Positions 13,335-24,414 of a stretch of 64,000 bases of DNA are shown piece after piece (position 1 is the first letter of the stretch; each line of letters begins with the position of its first letter). The notes beneath the pieces are model-generated. The model worked only from the letters and a program-made list of their open reading frames with translations. It was not told the DNA's origin and made no database searches. This DNA comes from Raillietiella orientalis (Eukaryota): contig JAYWIR010000031.1 of NCBI GenBank assembly GCA_036172245.1, positions 2,480,001 to 2,544,000 of the forward strand, given 5' to 3'. The translations under genes were made by a program, and so were the position numbers.

Positions 13335-15657
13335 TAGATGTTGCAGCAAAATTCTGCACCACGCAAGTCGGTCACAAACGTGCTGTGACAGCAGGAATAC
13401 ATGATCAATATCATCATCCTTTGAGAACGTCCATCATCTATCTGAGCAACCAACATCGCAGTCTGTGTTCCAATAACCGGAAGCAACAAGCAGCAGGGAG
13501 TCATTCCCAACTTCTGCTCAGTGATGACGCCATGAGCCTCTCATACAAGCTGAATCTGTTTCACACTACAACTGTGGCTCCAGCGACATGTCCGTCATCA
13601 TGAAGGCTCACAATGCCACTTTGAACTCTGACTGCTTTCAGAAACGGGTTAATGGAAGATTAGGCCAGGAAAAGGCACCACGTTCTCAGTCTGCGTTTCT
13701 CCCTTTCCCAATTGGTGAATACGAAATGGAATGAAGCTCTCGGTAATAATGGAGAATTCTGTGTTTCTTCCGTGGAAGAGTTGTATATTTTGGAGACCTT
13801 TGCAGGGAGAACAAGAAGGCAGCTGTTCACAAAAAACAAGTCAACGCAGAATCGTGCTAACAGAAACCCACAAAATGTGGAGATGAATACTTAGGCTCTG
13901 GCTTTACAATAGAAATCATTAGCAGTGACGATTCTCACTATTATATACATATACCAGCCTATGCACACATGCACTCCATCCTTTGCACCAGTTCAAGTTG
14001 ACATAAATAGGTGACAGTACTACCCAGTTGGTTGGACCACATTCTCATCAATACGAAGAATCTTGTACTTTCTGCGAAAGAAGCTGGTTGCACTTTGGAT
14101 TGCTTATTTGTTTCCAACTTTTTGTTCCCCGTTCGTTAAGAGGTTCGTATTGGTCCAGGTGGGCAATTCAGGACTGCCAATTTGCCACAATTGCCACCAC
14201 ATCTGTGAAAAAACGCAGAACACGAACCCAAATGAAGACTCATCTCATTCATACAGATCTTCATTACTTTCTTCCTCTTGTGATTCTTTATTATTCGGTC
14301 ACGACTGAGCTCCGAATACGTTCCCCTCGTCAGCCAACCTTACCGCTTGCCGTCCCTCTTTTCCGGACGCGAGTGAACTATTGGTTTCAACAAAGATCCG
14401 CGCAGAATGTTTTTTACAGTTTCCCATCACAACACGAACGCTCACTTGTTCAACTTCCAGCTCTACGGCCTCTGGGAGCGTCTACGCTGGCCAAATTACG
14501 TCTGGCAGATAACCAGAAACCATTTGTCTCTACTGAGAAGGTCAAATGCATATGTACAGATTAGAGACATTCTAAGGAATCAAGATGGACGCTCGCTTCC
14601 AAAGCCGAGTGGAAGTAGCATTCTCATGGACCGGCTACGGAAGGCTTCAGTTTGCTTCCCACAGCAAGGAGAGGCTGTTGGTGGATAGTGGTCGATTGTT
14701 CATGCTTTAAATGCGGCTTCTGTAGGGGAACCAATCTGAAGTACACTACGGAGAGAGCATCGGCCAAGCAAAAGCGCATGGTAATTCAGACACAGTTGTT
14801 CTCGCGGCTCTGCAGGTCTTGCACCAGTGTGGGTAGCGTGCACGAATCCGGGAGCCAGACAAGTTTCGGTTTCCCAGGGGATTTGCATGTCGTCTCGAGT
14901 CGACCGACATCATGACGACTGAAGCGAATTCGGTTAGCAGCTGGATGCTGCGTGCAACAGGGAACAGGAAATTCAGGCAGAAACCACAAGATGAGTCGCA
15001 ATCTCCTCTTTCGAATCATACGAAACGTCTCACTATCAGCGGACATAGTCTTCCCACTGCGGTGCGAAGGGATGTTGTGGCTGTGCCACTAATGCGAACG
15101 AGTTCCCTTTTCGTGAGGAAAAAGTGGAAAACGGAATGTGTGGATGGCATGCCGGTTTGGATTCTCAATATGGACGTGGAACGCGGCACCATCCAATCTG
15201 CTGACGGTTGCTGCCTTAGCCAGGTTTGGGTGGAATCCGCTGTGGCTGAAACTTTATCTTTGGTACTTTGCAGAGAAGTGGTTTCACGAGAGTTGGCTCT
15301 CTCTTGACCGCGCAGGGTGCGTGTTGAAATTGGAAGCGGAAAAGGAGCGTCCCATTCCAATGTGTGTCGATATTCAGTGGGTGCAGTGGAAATCGCAGTT
15401 TCGAAGTCGACTTTGATCTTTTATGGTTGTTTTCTGCTTGTTGTTTTCATTTTACATTTTAGCGCTCACACATTCGTGTTGCCAAAATGTACGAGGGAAC
15501 GGAAGAAAAGGAAAACAACGCTGAAAAGTGGCTGAGCATTCTGCACAACTTGGTTGGTGCCGTCGCATGGTGCCGAACTCTCGGTAATGTGGAATGGGCG
15601 ACTTGGCAGTCGTGGACCATCCAAGAACTGAAAGATCATTCGAAATTCGACACGTAT

Positions 15658-16930
15658 TTATTGTGACTGCTTTGCCTGCATTCGAACGTGCAAGCAAAGC
15701 AGGCCTTCCGGGTCACCGGGGCGTAGGAGAGTGGGAAGAGGTCGGCAAGGGTGGAGGTGGGGTTGTGGTGGGGTGTGCTCCTCAACGCTGGCACCTTTTG
15801 CGTGCCATGGGACCCACGTCGTGTGATGGGTTTTCGCCAAACTGTGCAACTCGGACAATACGGCCATCCATGACTTCACCCAACACACATGATCATCGCT
15901 GAAAGAAACGAGCAAGCACCATCTTTTCCCGATCTTCCCTTCGACCCGGAAACTCACTTTTCCTCCCATTCTTGGAGGACGCGCTTCACGGGGAGTCGGC
16001 ATAAAAACATCATATCTTCAACAGCATCCGCGGGATAGGGGCTCTACGAAAAGGAAAGAAAGTTTGCGGATGCGTGCCCGAACACCTACCATGGTCACCC
16101 AAAGGATGGCTGCCACACTCTGGCTGATCACACACAGGTGAACATGCGTCTCGGTGTCGCGCTGACTTTGCTCGAATGCCTCGATCTGCACGATGCACTC
16201 GGAAAGCGGTTGAAGGAGGTCGAGCACTTTCGAGTCGTCGGGTTCCTGCGAGCAGCATATGAGTTGCATCAAACGCCCCTGGATCCTGCAACAGGAAAGA
16301 AAGATGGTTAGCAACTGGAGAAACCGAGGAGAGGGAACCTTCCATCGTGGCCTTATGAACACCAAGCGCTTACTTGAATGCTTTCAGCACCATGTCCGAG
16401 TGCTTGCGAACCGCTTCCGAGATCTTGGCCGACAGATTGCGGTGGACGGCCAAAGATCCCTTCCCAATTTTGGCGTAATCTTCGAGCCAAGGATTGCTGA
16501 TCTCTGGAAACGGCGGAAAACATGGTATCGACATTCTGGACGATGGAAGGCACACTGTTTCTTCATTGCGAGCTGTTAGCAGCCCGTTTGTGAGTTGATG
16601 AGCCAAGCCGTGTTAGGTCGACAGAAAGCGAGAATGGCTGCTGGAGCTCATCTTCGCTGCACGCGTCGCTCTGCCGATTTCGGCTATTCCAGGCAGCGCG
16701 GACGTGCACATCGGACTTGCGGGCAAGCAGCAAGCCATTGCACGCGGACAGTCGCAATTACCGAAGCCATCCGACTGCTCCACGCCAAGTTCGGCCTCCG
16801 TTGCCGCAGCTTCCAGCGCCGTGGCTACTATCTCCAATCGCGTTATCAAGGATTCCAGTGCCGGGACCACGCACTCGATTTGCCCTTTGGGAAAAACAAG
16901 AAGCGTCTCATTAGCATTTTTCATGCATTC
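15658..16930 (-). CDS. Divergent adenylyl cyclase-associated protein (CAP/Srv2)-like gene, N-terminal coiled-coil and helical domain only (spliced)
   Basis: RLE-type motif LESLITRLEIVATALE near 16850. Exons ~16535-16374, 16285-16090, 16043-15958 and 15898-15658 join in frame through GT-AG introns to give ..VRKHSDMVLKAFKIQGRL..DLLQPLSECIVQIEAF..HLCVISQSVAAILWVTMSPYPADAVEDM..KRVLQEWEE..HVCWVKSWMAVLSELHSLAKTHHTTWVPWHAKG. This parallels CAP ([64 protein letters not shown]). The 5' end is uncertain. Confidence 0.8.
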
Positions 16931-17802
16931 AACCGATCGGACAACGCGACGGCAACACGCGTGCCTCGCAAGCCGTCGGCGCACCGCTCCCGCCACCGCC
17001 ATCACGTCGAAACGCTGCCATGAGAGAAGCACACGAAACGTTCGTGCGAAGGGAAATTATCATTGCTTTTCTTCGCATCCCAAGTGCAATTGCCTTGCTT
17101 CCGGAACGCTCGGCTCGACAAAATGCTCACGCAGCCGCTTGCACTCGGATAAATGGCCACCTTGTTCCGGAAAGAGTTTGAAGAACAAAGCGCGCCTGTG
17201 AAATTCCCGAAGGCAACGCAGCGGCGCTCTTTCCAGACAAGCCTGCACTTTTCCGAAATGCGCACCCCTTCTACCGGCTTCCGGTCAAGAACACGTGCAA
17301 CGGCTCTTCTTCTTTTCCGTCCTTCCTTGTTTCGCGCACAAGCGAACAAAAAGCAAGTTTCTCGACCAAACGCATGCAAACGCGTTGCGAGCTCCACACG
17401 AGCCACGCACACGTACGCGTACGTTCGTGCGCGAACGTGCAGAGCGAGCGACGCGCATCCGCAAACTCCACCCGGGGCACCGAACGGGAGCAGACGCGTG
17501 TGCAGTGGCCGGAATGCAGAACCCGTTCCACCAACCTTCTCGGCAAAAATCTCCGTAGTCGCACGGAACGCTGCGGCTGACCAGCCACCCATCTGGAGAG
17601 GTCTGCTTTCTTCTTCGCAGTTCGAGGCTATGTGTGCCTGCGCACCCATCCACAGCTGCCGAGGGCAGTTCGGCGCCATCGACTCCCCAGACACGGGAAT
17701 GGCGGCAGTCGCTTCCTTCGTTCCGCTTCGGCTCCGTGAGCAGCATCCGCAGGGAATGCTCTTCCTGCTCCCTGGCTACGTCGCCGCCTCCGTCTTTGCC
17801 TC

Positions 17803-18695
17803 TCAGTTTGCTCGAGACTTCGCGTTTCGTAGGTTCGTTCCCTGGCAAGGACGTTGCCAGGGTCGCATCTTCTCCGGTTCTCCTTCCCCTGTGCTTGGAG
17901 AACCGGAGAAGGCACAGGGGAAGGAGAACCGGAAGCAAGCTAGCGTTTTTCCTTTCTTCGCCTTTTCGTTGGTGGTCTTCGTTCGTTCGCCGTTTCCATG
18001 CTCCTGCTTGGAAGCAATCGTTTCGGCCGCCTCCTTGTCGTCACCCGGAACCATTTGCCTTTTGCGACTCGCAGGCACGCGTTCCTTCGTCTCCTGTTGC
18101 TCCTGAACTTCTACCTTCTTCAGCACCAACCGATTCCGTTTGTTGCCGGATTTCTTCTTGCATTCCCGATCTTCCTCCTGTTTCTCTTTCGCTTTCTGTC
18201 TCTCCTCCTCGTTTCTCTTCTTCTTCTGTTCATCTTTCAGTTTCTTGTCTCGCTTCGTGCTTCCTTGCTGGCTTTTTTTCCCCTCTTTCTGCATTCCTTG
18301 CTCTCCTTCTCTTGTGGATTGAGGTTGCCTTTGAAGAACGAGGTTGCTTTCACGAGCTTCTTGCAGCTTTTGTCGGTAGTCGGGGAGCCGTTCGCAACAG
18401 ATACTGTCTCGGCTGGTCCGCTCCCCGCTTCCTCCGCTCCGTTCATCTTGCCCTTGCCTTTCTTCCAAAGCCATCTCTTCGGCTTGGGTTTCGTGCGGGA
18501 AGGCTCACTGCTGCTCTCCGGTGGCCACTCCTCTTCCGTTTGCTTCTGGATTCTCGGAGAAGACACGGTAGCAGAGGATGCCTTCGCGAACAGACTCTCA
18601 GTTTCTGCGGTCCGAAACGAAGCTTTTTGCTTCGGCGATTCGGACTCCTTCTTCCCGAAACGCAAGGACGACGTGCCAACCCAGGCTGAGCACAT
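17803..18695 (-). other. Low-complexity Lys/Glu-rich open frames, possibly 5' exons of the CAP-like locus
   Basis: Overlapping 223 aa and 152 aa K/E-rich ORFs; related sequence on the plus strand at ~10370-10430. Confidence 0.3.
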
Positions 18696-20939
18696 TTCCC
18701 AATTGCGAGGGACTCCACCTGGAAGTCGTGCACAAGCCTCGAATCACTTCCTGCGTCACACGTGCACCACAGGATTGATTTCCCACATTCTCACGGACCT
18801 TGCATTCATCTTACCGGTGCTCAGCTTTGTTTCTGGATCTGTTTTCCTGCTACCTTACAGCCACTGGCTTTTCTAAGTTGGCAGTACGGTAATCCTTCCT
18901 GGATACCTCGGCGGCAGGATAGGCGAGATGTTTTTTTTTCCGGGGTCACGAGCGACAAGACTCGCTTTCCGTTTGGTTTCGGAACCGAATCCGAAGTTCC
19001 GGATTCGCAGGGATGCGAATTACTTCCGGTTGGGATGGATTCGCTATCCGCTACGAACTTCCGAATTCACAAGTAGACGCACAAGTAGATAAGCGCTGGA
19101 TTACGCAGCAGTACGATACTCCGAGTTGCGATCTCTTCCACGAAATGCGCGAGTCGATCCGACAACCGAATTCGCAAGCAGCACACAGCAAATTCTTCCG
19201 TCAGGAAAAATCTCCTTTGCTAAGCAACGGGAATCGTTGTCGAAGTGAGAGGTGGCCGTGCTGACGTCACACAACCGACGCTCGAGCAATGCCTTTGGCG
19301 AGTGCCACTTCATCCTGGTTCGGTGCACGCTCATGCTCAGAAAAGTGCGAAGGAAGGGAAACGGGAGCGTTTCTCGCACGCTCACGCTCCCACTTTGGCT
19401 CGATCTTCGCTGTTCCCCATTCTCGGGAACAATTCGGCTTGTTCGTTGCTTTCCTCTTTTCTCGTTCCGTCTAGCGGCAGTCTTTCGTCGTTTGTACGTT
19501 GTGACCATCCAGGGCGTGCGTGTCCGTTCCCTGAAACATCCGCAGGTACTTCGCACTTGTGCACCGGCCCTTCGCATACATCCCGTACCAGCGTCGGGAT
19601 CAACTTGAAAGGCATCTCATTTTCCATTCTCAGGCGGATGAGCGCACCTGTTCCAATAAACGTTCGATGCTGCACGGTATCTAGGAGTATTGCGAATCCA
19701 CTCGGTGTACGAGCTCATGAAGAGTTTTCCTGAAGCTCTCGGTCATCCCCAGTTGCTGCTTTCGTTGCTGCCGCATGCCCAGCGCGCCACCACGAGAGGC
19801 TTCTTGAGCTCCCCTTCGGGCAGCTCGTGCTCGTCCCTGGCAGCCCACTCTTGATTCCCCTGCCGCCCGACGAACCGGGACACGCGCCGGTACCGTCGCG
19901 AGGCAAGTGGTCGTTTTGGAACTTTGTTGCGTGCACCTTTCCCCATCGTGTCCAGTGGAGGAAGTGCTGCAGGACCAGCACAAGTGGGCTCTCCACGCCC
20001 CTTGCGGCAGCGCTTTCTGCTTTAGTGGACAGTTGCCTACCGACGGGATGTGAGGGCGCCCTGCCGATCGCTCGATCAAGTCGTCCCATGGGCGACTGGA
20101 GTCCGAGCGAGCTGGCAGAAGCTGCCACGCCTGGTCATGTTTCCAAAGCAGTCCTTCGCTGCTGTGAACTCTTTAGTGTGCCACCAGAACAACTTGTGGA
20201 CTCTCGTTCGTGCGTGGACGAGTGTGTGTTCCCGCTCCGATGGCGCGCTTCTGCTGGTGCATTGGAGCTTGCAATTCAGCGCGCTAACATTGTCTGCGGG
20301 CAAGCTGCGTCTTCAAAGTGTGCAAGGTGCGGAAACGATCCTGCATCTTTTGCTCCACTGCGGCGACCTGCAAAGAACGTGGCGCAGGCCGGCTTCCGTA
20401 CTCCTGCTCCAGGGGGACACCGCAAGAATTTGGAAGCGCCGCTTCTTCACGCCTGGCAGCTTTTCGTTAGATGCGCTCATCGTAAGGAGGCGTTGCATTC
20501 CATTCCCGTCCCTCCACCAGCAGGAGTCTCGGGCGGTTCTTCGAGACGCCACTTCTTTCGCTGAATTCCACATGACGAAGGCTGCCAGGCAGCATTAACT
20601 CCCAGAAGAAATGAGCGATCAGCTACATGTTCGTTATCCATCGCCGGATCCGCTTGGAGGGAACGGACGAACGCGGAAATCCCTGTCATCATCTCGTTCT
20701 AAAACTTTTTGTGTATTTGTTACATCAGTATTTATGGACTCTTCCGGATTTTTGGTGCGACTGCACGTTACTTGCAGTCCAGCTATCCAACGTGCTTCAG
20801 TGTCGCCGCCGCTGAACGAAAGGAAGGCGCGGTTATTGCTATTTGAAAACTATACCCAATACCCCGCCAAAGCAGTGACTGACCTCACTGCCGCGGCAAT
20901 TTTTGATTGCCTCGAGAGGTCAAATTAGTGGATTAGTGA

Positions 20940-23720
20940 GTGTGGACTGACGGAGGAGCCGAGGATCATTCCCTACACCTGCAGCAGCAGCGCCGACGGA
21001 TCCACGGTGGAAGCCCTGCCAACCCCCTCAGCGGCAGTGCCAGCCGCGAGGATGCAGGCACCGACAGGAGGAGCAGCGAGGTGGCCGATGTCCCCCATGG
21101 AAATGGAGGTAACGTACGGCAGTGGCGAAGCGGCGGCGATGCCAAGGGTGGCGCCCGCAGAGGCGGCGTTCCGGGCGGGACCCGCGGGCGTCCACGCGGT
21201 GCACGGCGTGCGAGATGCGACTCCATCTTTCTTGGCTGCGGCGGGGCAGCCATTCTCGTACGCGGTGGTGGCGGCGGGCCAGGCCAGTGCCCAGCCAAAT
21301 AGGAAATTCGGAAAGCCTGAAAGCGGGAGCATCACCAGATGTAAGGAGCCGATTGTTCGGATCAGCCCGACATCTAAGCCGATTCTGTTCAAAACCGGAC
21401 TGATCCGGTTTAATAACATCCGGTCCACGTTGGCCTTCTTCAAGGCCAACGTGGACTTTGATCGCCTTCAGGGGATCATAAGTTTCTCTTTGTGATGTGT
21501 GAGATGCGCCCTTCTCGTGGTGCACCTGCTCCTGCCCATGTTACGACAGGAATTCCCATGCACCGTGAAATTATATTCGCATTCCTTCCATCATCATCTG
21601 CAAATTGCACATAACATCAAGACGCATAGCGATGGTTCGAATTGGCATCAGTACGAATTTCACCCATTCCGCATCTGGTCCGTATACCGACCTGCTCACA
21701 AACTAGGGTGCACTCGCAAATTCGCTGAACTCTTGAAGGCACTGAATTTCAAAAGGGAGATGTCTATTTTCCCACGCTCCGTAGTCGAACCGGAAGCACA
21801 AGAAGACTTTTTTGCAACGAAGCGAGCCATGCCCCTTGCCACTTAGGATTCCCTTCAGACTAAATCATTGAGAATTCACCCCAGGCTGACCCCGACTTGA
21901 AACCAATACCCTCTAATCTTACCTATTCCTCACTGTGCGTCGCCTATCTGCACAGCATCCCCATCTGAACGCTCTACCTTTCCACTCCACGGATCTTAAG
22001 TGTGAATTTCGGCCTGCAGCTGATGGATGATCGAACAACGGAAATCAACTTCCTGTGAGTAGAGGAGGTGAGTATGCTGAGGAGCACGCTGGTTGATGAC
22101 GGCTACCAACGATCGGCCTCTTTCAGTTTGCCCTTTGAGAGAGGAAAATCAGATGGGTGATTTTTTTCTTCGAGATTGGAGGTGAAAGTAGGGCTTTGCA
22201 AAGTGAGGAGGATAACGTACGACGATCGGATCTGCTGTGAAGAACAGCATAGCCTCCTTGAGGGATGTGGTGCGAGCATGAACAGTGGACGGCAAGGAAT
22301 GCCAATACGGAAAACTAAAGTCTTGCGTGCAGACGATTGGAGCGGCTTTGTGGATGGAACCAGCAATCTGTTGAGCGTGGACAACTCCCGAACACCTGGA
22401 ATACGCGCATACCTTCCTAGCATCTTCAAACCTGATTCTCCAAGCAGAACGAACCCGGACAGATGATTCGAAAGCGTTTGCTACTTACCAGATCCAGGCA
22501 AATAGTGTTACTTGAGGACGCGCATGTCCAAATGCATAGGGCTGTTGGATGAGGGATACAGGGACTGAGGGTAGAAAAGTTCAGATCGCTATAACAAACA
22601 ACAGAGATTGCTTCCATGCGTACGGAAAGATGAAATTAGAAGACCTTGCAATCCATCTGCGAATCTACGCGCGAACACTCAAAAAAACACAGAAACCTAC
22701 AAGGGACCGAAATGTCTCAAAGAGGAGAGCGCTCTTCCGCTCTGAGGCATTTGGGAACACGAGATGCTGGCAGAAAGAGCCCGTCGTGACTCCTGCAGCT
22801 TCGGGACGAGTCCCAGTCGAACTCTCAAAGGGACAGATTCTTCTCTGGGATACCAACTACAGTGATGCCAAAAGTCTACTGAACGCCATAACCTCATACA
22901 CCAGCGCAAACAGTTGATGGTGCACTGGATGTCATGTATCCAAGGAGGCACTGCCCGTTGTGTTCGTTCAAGACCCCCCCGACCAAACGAAGGGCTGCTC
23001 ACGATTCTTTCATGGAGGCTGCAGACTGTTCCCTGCAGAGTGCTTGTCGTTGCGCTAGAGGTTCAAAGACATGTGGTAGAGGAGCCTTCATTGGAACTGC
23101 TTATCTTTTACAGCAGACATTTCGCTTGCAGAGGATAGAAGTAGTGTACGATCACATAAGCAATAAGTGTGCGTGTGCACACTTTCCGAATGCATGCAGG
23201 AGCGAATTTTTAGTAAAGAGACACGCAAATTTGCTGCTTTTCACTGAAGGAAGAAAGGAGTTACGGACAGTAAGGCATTCTATATGTAAAATGCATGCCT
23301 CATGCAAAAGACGGTGCAGTAATGCAAAGAAGGAGATTCTTTGCTTTCAATCTGCGGTGCAGATATTTGGAACAAAAGTGATGTATGTCATTTTAAGTGT
23401 AATCCCCTCGAACTTGTATTCTAATGGGTCGAGAAGTGACGGGAGAGGTATGAGATTTCCGAAGTGGGATCGGGTAAAGTGAGGACACCAAGGATGCAAT
23501 GCAGCGCAGCAAATTCTGCCGACAGCTGAGTTCTGCAAGCTGGATTGTGTGTTTTTTGTCCTTCGTCATACCTTTTTCTGTTTGCTTTATGTTTTTTTTT
23601 TTTATTTTGGGTGGGGGAGGGTTAAGTTTTGTTTGCTCTACCTCTTTCCTCCTTTCACTATCCTCAGGTTTTCGCATGACTTTTTAACTTTTCCGCATCC
23701 AGTGCCCCCCCCTTCCGTAA
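20940..23720 (+). mobile_element. Heavily degenerate, internally deleted Tx1/L1-like element (ORF1 start, APE and RT traces, T-rich 3' end)
   Basis: ORF 21007..21495 (MEMEV..SYAVVAA..PILFKTG..DRLQGI) resembles the ORF1 start at 1945. APE-like trace at ~22320-22460, RPNEGLL (GGL motif) at ~22990, poly-T tract at ~23590. Confidence 0.6.
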
Positions 23721-24347
23721 GTACATTTGGGTTTCCAGTTATCTCCTAAGATTTGATGCCCTTTTCAAGATCGACTACTCCATACCGTCCGTTGTTTGCG
23801 TATTCTGACCATTGCAGGTGTTTTTTACGTTCGAGCTTTGGATACCCCGATATTGTGCAGCCATTCCGTGGATGGCTGCATTTGTTGCAGCATGCAGTTG
23901 CACATGCATTTACTCGATGTCTGAAGTTCCTGCTTCCAAGACAAAGGTAGGGACTGCTTCCCATCATGACTGGAAGGTCCTGCGAGGTTGCGCGATGCCA
24001 GCAATCTGGGTAGTGGAGTGTCCTTTGATCTTGACAAGCGCCTCACCCGAGGTGTCCCCGAGCAAGTTTCTCTCTTGCTTCGATTTCCACGCACAAAGAG
24101 GTGTTCCCCGACGGTGTTTTGGTGCATCTCAGAGCTGAGGCCGAGACAGTGGATCGTCGTGCTTACGTGAGCTCAGGATCTACAGATCCTCCTGTTCGCT
24201 GCCCGTTATTAGAGTATGTATGTATTTGCCACGACTGCGGCAGATGCACATAATCGCGTACGTAACATCAAGGTACATCCTAACCGTATACACGGCTTAC
24301 ATATCTCTACAATATACTTATACTGCACGTGTTGCCACAGGCATGCC

Positions 24348-24390
24348 ACAGACATGACTGTCTAGCCACTCGCTAGACAGTCATGTCTGT
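24348..24390. repeat. Perfect 19-bp inverted repeat with 5-nt loop
   Basis: acagacatgactgtctagc-cactc-gctagacagtcatgtctgt. Confidence 0.95.
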
Positions 24391-24414
24391 TGCGATCCCC
24401 CCCTATCGCTGCCT

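Noticed and set aside
17153..18876. Long plus-strand ORFs (317, 351 and 292 aa)
   Set aside because: Antisense shadows of purine-rich low-complexity minus-strand sequence; no motifs.
24100..24350. U2 snRNA, SL RNA or 28S target sequence at the 5' flank of the RLE element
   Set aside because: None recognisable by eye.
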